A stretch of 64,000 bases of DNA from Vitrella brassicaformis CCMP3155. Taxonomy: Eukaryota > Protista > Chromerida. Below are positions 1 to 11,538 of this stretch, in pieces. Position 1 is the first letter of the stretch; the number at the start of each line of letters is the position of its first letter. Position numbers and translations under genes: made by a program. Location: assembly GCA_001179505.1 (NCBI GenBank), contig CDMY01001057.1, positions 1 to 64,000 on the forward strand, in the 5' to 3' direction. Under the pieces are notes generated by a model. It ran no database searches, was not told the origin of the DNA, and saw only the letters and a list, made by a program, of their open reading frames with translations.

Positions 1-150
1 GTCTGTGGATTTTGTGGAGAGTCCACGTAGGACATGTAGTATGCGTCAGTCCATTCTGTCTGACGTCCTGTCCGCCATGGCCTGTCTCATGGAACGGACA
101 AAGACTCAACAGCCGTCCTGTCTCACAGATCAGTGGATCGTCGGTCTATG

Positions 151-174
151 AACCCTAGACCCTAAACCCTGGAC
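151..174 (+). repeat. Degenerate telomere-like heptamers (AACCCTA/GACCCTA/AACCCTG)
   Basis: aaccctagaccctaaaccctggacc. Confidence 0.5.
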
Positions 175-682
175 CGACTTGCACTTCTGACAGAAAGGTC
201 CTCACCGGCCTTTTCCCACACCGAAATTGACCTGATGTTTGTCTGATGGAACACGAACACTCCTGCGAGTGGAAGAGGAAAGATGGACTGAGGAAAAGCT
301 AGAAAAAAGAGTTTGGGTTTGCCAAGATTAAGTTTTGGCCCAGGATCATCCCATCCATGCCCATGCAGCTCGCTCCGACGGCCGGCCGCGGCGGGACAGG
401 TCATGGTGGTGGCGGTAAGGGTAATAATGGGCTGGTCATTGCAATCTCCCCCCGAGCAATGAAGTGTTGGGGTGGAGTGTTTGTTTTGTGGAGTTGACGT
501 GGCGGAGTGGCGGAAAGCCTCTCTCCTCTTTGCTGCGCCTAGTCGACGCAGGGGTACGTGCTGCCTCGGCAGATCTGCCGCATCATCCATGGCATCAACC
601 AACCACCATCGCCTGATTACTTCCAATCTCTCTTACGAGGTGATGATCCTATTGTCATGATGCGCATGCTCCAGCCGGCGGC

Positions 683-2827
683 ATGAATGACTTCGCCAAC
701 CTGCAGAAAGGCCTGGCTGGCGGCAAGAGGGCTCTCTACGAGGACAAGAACACCGAAGAGGGAGGCCATGATCCGCTGGCAGACAATCTGCGAGGGAGCC
801 GCCGTGTGTCCAAGAGCAGGAGCTATGCATCGTCGGATGCGAAGGGAGGCCTCGGCACCACAGCCACCAGCAGCTCTCTTTCGTCACCCATCGGCCCTCA
901 CCGCCCCTCCCACTCCCATGAGAAACACACACAGCTGCCTGCCAACACTGCAACCCCGGCTGTGAGCACACCAGCCGGTGTGGGGCAAGCGATTCTTAGT
1001 GGACGGAGGGGCGATTACGGTCTGGAAGGGATGCACATGCAGATGCTGCCCACCCTGGCAGACCCTGTCAAGGTGCGGACACACACGTGTGTGCACACAT
1101 CAACACACGTACACACGCACCCCACATGAAGGGATTGAATTGGCTGTGGATGTGGATGTGTGTGGGTGTGTGCACAGGCGACTCTAGTTGATGAGGAGGA
1201 CTCTCCCGCCATGTACCATGACCTTCTTGGCCTTTCAGAGTGGCGGCACGGAAAGGTGGGTGGTGCCTGCAGATGAGATGCGAAGATGCTGGATGGATGG
1301 ATGGATGGGTGGACATTATTGACTGTGGTTGTGTGGTTGCTGTGTGTGCAGTTTGATTTGCGTGAGATCAAGTGTCTGATGCGTCAGCTGCTGGAGGGGC
1401 TGCAGCACTGCCACCAGCACCACATCATACACAGAGATATCACAAGTACTCACTCGCGCCTCCCCTGCCCCCTCGACACACGTGCAGTGCAGAAGCGGCT
1501 GTGCTGTGCTCTGGTGTGTTGTGCAGCTTCCAACTTGCTGCTGACGAAGCAAGGCGAGCTCCAATTGGGCGATTTCGGTCTTGCCAGGTGAGCGAACGGC
1601 CTGGTCCATGCATTCATTCGTTGTGCATCTTTGTACTCATCAGGCTGCGTGTCAAGTCGTCCCAGCAGGGGCACTCCACCAACCGAAAACACACTGTGGT
1701 ACAGACCGCCGGAGCTGCTGCTTGGTTCGGTCAATTACGGCACCGCTGTCGACATATGGTCCGCGGGGTGGGTGGATACACACCCGGCATACACACACAT
1801 GGACAGATGGGCAGAATGCGCGCACGGACCTGTGAGTGTTCTTGCCCTTGTTTCAAGGTGCGTTTTGGCTGAGCTGATGACAGGGAAGCCTCTCTTCAAC
1901 GGCGAGAGCGACAAGCACATGCTCGATATGATATTCAGGGTGAGGCTGACCGATCGACCGATCGACCGCACTGCCGTGCGTCGGTGGGCTGGTTTGGTGG
2001 GTGTATGTTTCATGTGTGAATGAGATGCCAATACATTGATTCATTGTGCAATTGTGCGGGAGTCCTGACAGCATGACATGGAGCGAGGCGGTGCGGCTGC
2101 CCGAGTGGGAGAAACACAGGCCGGAGAGGCACTTTCCACGCACCATACGCAACAGATTCAGAGGGTAAGGACCCAGAGAGTGGGGGAGAGGGACTCTGGA
2201 CAGCACCAGGCACATCAGACGCAAATGTGTGCGTGTGTGTATGGTTTGTGTTTGATCATGCAGCTTGGATGAGACTGGCGTCGATCTGCTGGACAAGATG
2301 CTCACACTCGACCCAGGCAAGACACAGACACATACACACATACACACACACAGACAAACACACACTCCCGTAGACACATGGACAAAGAGAGCGCTGCTTT
2401 CCTTTCCGACTCGTCGGTTCCTTCAGAGTGTCGCGTCACGGCGAGTGCAGCTCTGGAGCACCCCTTCTTCACCCACAGCACCCCGCTGCCCTGCCAGCCC
2501 AGCGACATCAAGCTTCCCGAGCCGCCCCGCATTCCCTCTGACCCGTCCCAGCCACTGCCGCCACTACCTGTGCACATGTCTGCGCCGCACCACCATGAGG
2601 AGGAGGACAGCATCGTCCCTCCCATCCACCCCGACGAGGCCATGCAGATGGTGTCTGAGGTCGCGGAGCAGGCAGATGGGTCGCTTTCCCGGCCTGATGG
2701 CGGGTGGAGGGAGGAGGTCGGTGCCGGCCTCAAGCAAGGCATGCCCCATCACAGAGTCTTCTGCGTGCGCATGCGGAGCGATCACTGCGCAGTATCCGCT
2801 CCCTGGTGTCCGCCGTATAGACACGGG
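683..2827 (+). pseudogene. Degenerate CDK9/CDK12-like kinase C-lobe (multi-exon; 5' part of a chimeric gene)
   Basis: Spliced exons read MYHDLLGL..FDLREIKCLMRQLLEGLQHCH..HRDITTSNLLL..GDFGLAR..TLWYRPPELLLG..AVDIWSAGCVLAEL..CGSPD..DLLDKMLTLDPECRVTASAALEHPFF. No Gly-loop, VAIK or alphaC exon is visible, the catalytic-loop Lys is Thr, and the activation loop has an apparent frameshift. Confidence 0.8.
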
Positions 2828-2895
2828 GTAAGGAAGCACACAAAACATCCGCACAATTGGTCATGGCTGCTCTGCATGTGCCTCCCTCCGTGCAG

Positions 2896-5800
2896 CCCCT
2901 CTGTGTGTATTTGGCCGACGGGCGTGAGGCCGGCGACCCCTCCGCACCGACATCGGTATCCCCAGAGGAGAAGAGACACATCGAGACGGCCGTCCTCGCG
3001 ACGATGAAGCAGGCGTGCGAGGAGGGGCACCCCGACGAGACGGGCAGCCGCAGAGTGAACCTAGGCACAATCGTGGAGAAGGTGATGGACGAGCTGATGG
3101 ACCGCGGAGTGGTCGTCGGCGGTCACCCCAGGACCATCATCATGCTGTCAGCCGAGAAACTGCTTCTCTCTGACGTGTCGTATGACGGATCCGCCAGCGT
3201 GGTGTCTTGCAAGTGGGGCGCTTTAGCAGGGGGACTGACGCGGGAGGTGCCAGGGGAACTGACCCTGCGGTTCTACTTCGTCAGATGGAACCCCTTCAGC
3301 AGCACCACCGACAGCAGCGCGTCTTTTGTGTCGGCGGACGCGCCAACGACCATCAACACCATAGCCCTTACCCCACCCCCCTCCCCGCCCCCTCCCATAG
3401 CCCACTCGTCGGTGCAGAAGGCCACAGAGAGGCGCGACAAGCGGCGGCCAGAGGAGCCCAGCCGGCAGTCTACCAGGCTGCTAGACACAGATTTCCCCCA
3501 GCAGCAGGGCAAGGCATCTTCCCCACTCGGCAGCTCGTCGCCATTCCTCTTGTCGGCCAATCTCCGCAGCGCCATCGGCACGCCCGGCGGGCCAACTCGG
3601 TCGGCGGACACCAAGGGGACGGCTCGCGGGCGGATGCACAACGACGATGGGTCGGACGGTGAGGACGGGGGTGATGCCCACAAGCGGCACTCACGGCCCA
3701 AGAAGGGTGATTCCCGCGATGCGACGCCCGATCTGGTGGAGAGGCGGCAGGATGAGACTCTCAAGCGGATGGACCCGAACAGAAAGAAGATGAAGGCCAT
3801 GCTGCGGGCGATGCGGGAGATGTGCGCCCACGATCAGCTGGTGGCAGAAGATCAGCGCAAGGCCGTGCAGTTCAAAGAGGAGGACCTCCAGCTCCTCTCC
3901 CAGCTGCCGACTCCCTGCTTCCCCGACCTCTCCCTCATGGACGGGCTGCTCTTCCGCCACGCCCTGCAGGCGTGTGTGGTGCACGGTGCTGCCGGGTCGC
4001 TCGAGGCGCTGCTGAGGGAGACGCTCGTGAAGCCGACCGAGAAGGACAAGAAGAGGCTGGCTGTGGGTGAGGTGCGGGCCATGAAGGACGGGAAGGTGCT
4101 CCAGTGGAGTGACCTGTCGTTGGGTACTCTCGATCCATCGTGCCCGTACCGTGACGAGCCCCTCAGCCCGGTCACTGAAGGTACGCAGACGGACAGAAGG
4201 ACGGACGGACAGACAGACAGACAGATGGAAGGCCCGACACTTAGTGCACGCTGGTGCTGATCCTGCCTGTGTGTTCAGACTATGTGCCGTCCCCCCTAGT
4301 CGTGCAGGCGGTCGTGGCCAAGGCGCCCATCCATATCATGCGGGTACGTCCTGAGCCTGTCGCGCTGGCTGCGTGTAAGGATACCTCCGTGTGTCTGTGT
4401 TATGCAGACGCTGCTGGCGTACAACGCCGATGTGAATGCACGAGGGCATGCCGGCCAGAGAAAGATGACTGACTGCAAGATCAGCTACAACACATCCGCC
4501 GTCGGCAAGCGGCCAGGGAAGATATTGCTGAAGCACAGCCTCATTGCATTGCCTTCCGTGTGTGTGCAGGTGCGGCTGCATTGTGGCACCGTCCTGATCT
4601 CCTTCGTTTCCTCCTCCGTGAGGCAGGTGCCGACCCGTCCGTCCCGGCAATCGCGACGTTTGAGAGCGAACACGGTAGGTACCACAGCCCCCACCTCTCG
4701 ACAAATGACCTCATGCATCCCTGTTCGTGTCCCCTCTAGCGTTGTCAGGCCCCCCCATCATTGCTCCTCGTGACTTGCTTCAGCTGGTGTGCTTTGGCCC
4801 GCCGCCCATAGCGGCCGTGGGTGCGCAGCCGTTGGAGGTGCGACAGCAGCAGGCCCTGGCCACCATCGAGGTGCTCGATGCGGAGGGGCTGATCAAGCAC
4901 GGCGGGAGCGGCAGCGGCATCTTCGACATCAACTCCAGGGACTAATACGGCCAAACGCCTCTGCACATCGCCACCGCCAACGGCCGGTGCACTCTGGTCG
5001 AGTGGCTGCTCGAGAAGGAGGCGGACTATGGGGCTACCGACAAGTTCAACGAAAGGCCTTTCGCCCTCGCACAAAGACGCGGCCGGAAGGTCAGCTGTCA
5101 AGGAATGGCGTCCACTGAGCCGCCGCAGTGAGTGAGTCCGCCCTGTTGTGCTTCGCAGGAGTGCGAGGCCGTGCTACTGAAGCATATCTGTGCCGAGGCC
5201 GTCCGTTGGAGGCGCTCGGCCACCAACACTGCCGCAGGAGCCAGCATGGGAGCGCCTTCCATCCCCACGGCAAGCGAAGACACCGCCCCACACACATATG
5301 GCAGGGGCACACACACCCACACACAGACCGCATCCTTTGTGTGGATGGATCGATGGGCGCAGGCAGCTGCAGCTGGTGCGATGGATGAGGGCGGCGGTGT
5401 CGACTCGCCAGCGGCCGCGGCACACGAGAGGAAGAAGCAGGAGCTGCGTGAGAAGGCGACCAGGGGAGTGCTGCAGATGAGGGCCATGGCGAGAGCGATC
5501 CGGGAGGCGTGCTCACACGACCTGTTGACGCCAGAGGGGCCACGCAAGCCCGTCGAGCTTGGGGAGGACCACTCGCTGCTGTCGTCGCTGCCCAAGCCCA
5601 TGGTCTCCTACATGAACGGTTTCGTGCTGAAGCAGGCCCTCCACTCATGTGCGGTCCACGGCTCGGCGAAGTCGCTCGACACACTGCTGCAGGACAACTT
5701 CATCAAGCCGACCGAGGGCGGCAGCGAGGGGCTGCCGGTGGGCCAGGTGCGGACGGCGAGCGGGGAGATTCTCAACTGGCGTGATCTGCCACCCGCCAGC

Positions 5801-8800
5801 ATCGAGTCCTTTGAAGACGAGCGGCTCATCGACGGCAGTAAGTGAAAAGCCACACCGAAATGCCAAGAAGGGTCTGTCTGCTAACGTCTGGATGGCCTCA
5901 GATTACGTGCGGAGACCTTTGCTGATCGACGCGATCCTGGCGAACCTCGTTCGTGGTGACAATGCTCCCTCTGTGCTGCAGATCGTCAAGGTACCTCAGC
6001 AGACCGCATGACGGCACTTCGCTGCCTCTCATGCTCATGCGTCCGCCCGTCTGCCTGTCTGGCCACCTGCCTGTCTGCCTGTGTGCAGTCGCTGGTCGAG
6101 TACAATGCCGACGTCAACGAAATCGGCGTGGTGGCTTGGGATTGTAAGACCAAAAAGCTAATGATGTCATCCGCTGTCGGTGAGTGTCGAGAGGAAAGGG
6201 CGAGACAGAAGGAGAAATGCCGGAAGGATGCAGGTCTGACTTGGTGTCTTCAGGTGCTGCTTCCATGTCCCACTTGCCTGAGGTCCTCGACTACCTTCTC
6301 AACCAACCGCATGCCGACCCGTCAGTCCTCTCTGGGGGGGACTTCCTTGCGGGCCTGAACATCCTTCAGCTCGCCTGCATTGGGGAAGACGTGAACCCGG
6401 AAGGCAACCAAGATACCGAAGGTGACAAATCAATCGATTGAGCCAGACTGACGCGCGCTGACGCTCTTGTGTGTTGCCACAGCTCCCCGGCCCCCTCCTG
6501 AGCCCATGGTGGGCAGCAAGGGCCGCAAGAAGGCCGCCAGCAAGGGCAAACGGGCCGGCAACGACGGTCTTGCGCAAGAGGCGGGACAGCAGGCGGCCGG
6601 TGGGACAGCGGCGAAGGAGGCAGAGCAGAAGGAGAAGGCCCGGCAGTCGCGTGCAGTGGCCACCCTGGATCTGCTCGAACGCCGCGGCCTGACGCGCAGC
6701 GCACCGGCCGAGGGCAAGGGAGGGCGTCGCAAGAGGGCCGTCCTGAGTCTGCACTGCCGTGACAAGACGGGCTGGTCTCTGCTGCATTTTGCAGCTAGTA
6801 GTGGGTGGTCTGAGGTGATCAAGTGGCTGCTCAAGAGGGGCTTGGACGCTGAGGCCGTCAAACAAAACAAGAAGAACGAAACACCCCTCGATGTCGCCCG
6901 CCGATTCGGCCGGACGGTCAGCAGACAGGAGGAAGGCACAGCACGTCAGCCGCTTCATTTGTTTGGTGTGTTCAGCCGTGTGTGGACGTGCTGATGGCTC
7001 ATCTGGAGGCCCGTCAGAAGGCGGCGGCTGCCGATCTGCTGCGAGAAGAGGAGATCGCCCGCAAGAAGGAGGAGAAGGCCGCCAGAAAGCGCGAGCAGAA
7101 GCGTCTCAAGGTGCCCTTCCCCTGCACCGCTGCACACACGGATACTGCATGTGTGTGTCATTGCCTTCAGCGTTTGGCGACTCAGCAGGCTGAGTCAGCG
7201 GCAGATGGCGAGACGGAGGAGGCCGACGACACACAGCACGAGACTGAAGAAGTAGATCATGTGACGGGGGAAGCTGCTGCGCCGAGCTGCCCGCCAGACT
7301 CACACAGCGAGAGGTGCAGACAGAGCCACCGACACTTCTACCCAGTAGCCCCCATCTGTTGTCCCTCTTGTGTGTGGGATGCACAGTGTCGAGCCGGCCT
7401 TCTCTGACGCCCCGAGTGACCGCCACCAGCAGCGAGATGTCCTCAGCCAGAGGCCACCAGCTCATGTCGGCCCTTCGGCATTCGCTCCTCGCCCTCTCTC
7501 CCCTGCTCATGGCGCATCAGCGAGCCACTTGTTTGCTGCCCAGCGGCCGCCCAGCTCATCGTAAGGCACTCAGAGGGGACCCACCACACCGCGATCTGTT
7601 GTGTGTGTGGGTCATCCATCCATCAGGTCCTCATTTGCCGACCCGCCGGCGTCATCGACGGTCAGCACGACGCCCGCCGACCGGCCCTCCTCCGCACAGA
7701 CGTCAGCCCGACACGACCGGTGACTCCCAAACATAGCCCCAGTCGCCTGTATGGTCTGTAGCTGACGATGTGGCTGTGTGTGCGCAGGTTCTGCCCGGCT
7801 GACGTGACGGCTCAGTTGCGGGCTGACCTGAACGGATGCATCGACAAGAAGGAGAGGTCAGACAACACAACAACACGGCCATGTGTGTCATACCAATGTG
7901 TCTGTCTTATTCCGTGTGTGCAGTCTGGAGGATCAGTACAGTGATCTGTTGGCTGCCCGTCGGCGGGATGCCGATCGCGTCAAGGAGCTCAAGACGAACA
8001 TACGACGACTCAAATACGTCTCACCTAGGTGAGCGATACACACGAGGAGAGGGCCCCCCACAGTGGCTCCACTGTGTGTGCTGTTGATGCAGCCTGAGCC
8101 ACGATGTGTTGGTGTCCCTCGCCACGGCTGCCCAAGTGCGTGACTTTGAGGCAAAGATCAGCCGCGAGGAGGATCGACGAGCTCATGGAGACGGCCGTCG
8201 ACGCACAGCATGCCCTCCGGCTGCAGAGCGGCGCATCCAAACCCACAAAGGCACCCGCAGCTGAGCAGCAGAGCGCCTCAGCCGCAACTGTAGCTGCAGC
8301 GTCTGCCTCCACGCCCACATCCGCTGCTGAAGGGTGCGTGGGACTGTGAGGAAGGGGCGCCATCCATTCCCATGTCGGTGCATCTTGTGTGCACATCAAT
8401 CAGGTGTGGCGTGCCGGTGTGCGGTGCGATGCGGGTGTTGTTGGACGAGTTGTCGACTGAGGCTCAGCTGCTCGAGGCCATACAACACATCCAATACGAC
8501 ATAGACCAGTAAGAGAGGACCGTCCGTATGGCAGCCAGAACGAACTCATCGCCCTTGATCTGTCTGTCTGTCTGTCTGTCAGGCTGGAGGGTGACATCTC
8601 TCGGATGACGGACGTGTGCACCGAGGCCGAGGCCGCACTACAGCCGCTCGAGCAGGAGCACCACACACTGCAGCAAGAGGCAAAGAAACGGTAAACAAAG
8701 GCCCACCAACACACACAGACGGCCCGTCATATGCCTCTCCGTATGCCTCTCTGCCCATTGCCAGGTTGACCCCTACTCGTCTGGAGTCACTCACGAATAT

Positions 8801-9288
8801 CGCAGCGGTGGATGCCTTCAAGCGCGACATCAAGAGGGCCAAACAAGAGCTGCGAGATCTGGCCAGAGAGGCCGGCCGCCGAGAGGCTGCACTCGAGAAG
8901 GAGGAGACGGCCGCTGCTGCCGCTGCTGCTGCTGCTGCTGCTGATGGCGATGGCGGGGAGGGCACCTGCGTCATGTGCATCTCGAAGACGCCAACCGTCG
9001 TATTCTTCCCATGTCGGCAGGTCAGTCACGACACACCCAGACCGAGTTGCATACCACCTTTGTCCGTGTGTGTGTGTGTGTGTGTGTCTGCAGAAGTGTC
9101 TGTGTGAGGGTTGCTGGCGCGACATGGCGGCGGCCCACGAGGCGGCCAAGAAGGAGAAGGCGCGCCTGGAGGCCCTGCAGCGGCGAGTGCCTGACAACAT
9201 CGCCTGTGACGCCCAGCTCAAGTGTCCGATGTGCAACCAGGCGGCCCACTACGCCAGCACCGTCGACGGCATCACGACAGCCACGTGA
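2896..9288 (+). pseudogene. Ankyrin-repeat + coiled-coil + C-terminal RING protein with a duplicated N-terminal module and one in-frame TAA (4943-4945)
   Basis: ANK motifs DINSRD*YGQTPLHIATANG and CRDKTGWSLLHFAASSG..NETPLDVARRFG. RING-like CVMC..PCRQKCLCEGC..CPMC. Phase-compatible GT-AG introns link all exons. Stop TGA at 9286-9288. Confidence 0.75.
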
Positions 9289-9885
9289 GCAGCAACAGAC
9301 AGAGACAGTCGGTAGACCGACGTGTGCATAGCTGTAGCTCTCATGCGCCGACGGCGCGGACTCAAATCAGTCAGTCGTCGCTGTGTATATCCCTACCTCT
9401 ATATTGGTGGCAGACCTCTTTACTCGGCTGGATGGATGTCGTGAGTGAGATGACAGACAGTGTGTGTGCATGTGTGCCCTTTATAGTCTGTGAATACCAC
9501 TTCGCCACCGTCACACACTCACATGATGTTAAAGTTCACATTGCGCCACAAGGCAAATGGCATGTAGGGTCCACTGGTGCAGTCATGAGCCGTGTCCTCC
9601 TCCCCACCGCCACCGTTGACCGTCACGCCGGCCACATCACACACATCCGTCCACACCAACAGCAACAGACCACACAGAAAACACAGACGGGCAAAACCCC
9701 CGACTGTCTGCCTGAATGCCTGACTGTCTGACTGAGTGTCTCGAGCTAATGAAGGGTTATCTCTGCTAAGGACGGTCGGTTCGTGGCGATCGATCGCGGC
9801 CTCTCTCAATCCATATGTGAAATGAGTGCACTCATCTATTCGCACATCAGCGCCAAGTGGCATCAATTGTCAAGGCGCCATCTGT

Positions 9886-11439
9886 CTATCTAGAGGCTCT
9901 CCTCTCCTGCCTCTCGATGTCCTGCCTCCGTCTCCCCCTCAGAGCCCTCACCTCAGGCAACACACGCCATACCTGCCAAGCCAAGCCAACACACAAACAA
10001 TACACAGGTGCATATGTGTGTCTGCCCACAAACCTGTTTGCACAGTGAGGCGATGTGTGTGTCGAACAGCCTGGGCTGCCCCGGTGCGATGACCTCCGCA
10101 CCCCTGCCCCTCACTCCCAGGAAGTGATCCAGGATGGCACACGCAGCGTACGCATCGATGCCGCCCTTGGCACCTACACCACACACGAAGGGTAAAGGCT
10201 GTGGCCGGCTGTGCCTGTCTGCCTTTCTCACCGCTGATCCTCAGTGACTTGACGTACTGCGTCGAAAACTGCTCGTTGAAGAAATACACAGGCACACTCA
10301 CATCTTCTTCTCCGGCAGACCCGCCGTCGCCATCCCGCCGGCCACTTGATGTGCCACCAGCTGCCGATGGCCGGACAGAGGCCAGCCTCGACAGGCGTGA
10401 CACGGCAGCCGCCGTGCGCTGCGAGCTGGCGCCTCTCATCGCCTCTCGTGCTGCCTTTCTCCGCCGCAGAGAGGCGAGAGCTGCAACTCCACTGCTGCCG
10501 TCCTTGGCAGCTGGTGTGCCGTCGTTGTCTGCTGCTGCCCTCGAGGGACCGACGGGCGCCGCTTGAGAAGCGATTGCGTCCTTGAGTGCGTGGCAGAAGT
10601 CGCGGAAGATCATGGTGAGGAAGTCATAGTCACCGAGATAGGCCAACCTACACCCACACAGCACAGACAGACAGACCGACAGACAGACATGTGGAAGTCG
10701 TGCATACGCCTGGCTGAGCGCACCACACACACCTGGGGTTCCTCTGCACCGGTTTGCCGACCACGACGCACTCAATGCGGTTGTCCCGCACAATCCTGGC
10801 AATCACTTCGGTCACACGGGTCACGTTGCCGTCGTTGGGCAGCACAGCCATGGGCTCGGGGCTGTCCAGGCGACTCGACACCATCGCAAGACCGATCTTG
10901 CGAAGCCCGTAGTCCACACACAATAGCCGCTCGAACGACGCGACGTCGACGCCGGACTCACCCACTGTTGGAAAGGCTCCTCTCCGAGTTGCAGTCATGA
11001 CCAGAGAAGTTGTTTTGGATGGCCGCCGGCGAGTCACCTTCCTGTGGATCTTGATGAATGGCGATGGATGAATGCGTTGGCATCCGACCCACGAGAGTGC
11101 GTGTGGCCGATTTGAGGCGTCTGCTGTCCTCTGCATCCCCGGCTTCATCTTCATCAACGGTGCTTTCTGTGTCCGATATCTGTCGATCCCAGCGAATGCC
11201 GTTGCCGACACCATGTCTGCGAGAGCACCAGTAACGAGAAACAGCCCTCTTATGGCTTCAAGAAGCATCTCATATGTACATTCAAGCTCGCAGCTAAGCT
11301 CGCAGGCAAACACCAGACGAGAAAAAGATGAATGCGCAGCTGTGTGTGAGAGGTGAGGCAACAGTGAAGAATCATCACCCAAAAACTGATAGCGTTGCGC
11401 CATCAGATCTGTCTCATGCTGCTCTATGGCTCTGCTCAT
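9886..11439 (-). CDS. yqgF: YqgF/RuvX-family RNase H-fold nuclease (putative organellar rRNA maturation / Holliday junction resolvase-like), spliced
   Basis: Motifs LLCVDYGLRKIGLA, CVVVGKP, YFFNEQFST and IDAYAACAIL match the YqgF D/E/D motifs. There is a ~150-aa N-terminal extension. Confidence 0.85.
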
Positions 11440-11538
11440 TGTTTGTGTGATCTCCCTTGTGTGATCTGATCTCCCGCCTCAGGTATGGATCTGCATGATC
11501 TCTCGCTGCTTTCGTGTTGAGTGATCACGTAGGACACG

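Noticed and set aside
162-626. 154-aa minus-strand ORF as a gene or as the missing CDK N-lobe
   Set aside because: It is on the wrong strand for the kinase and has no recognisable motifs or splice support.
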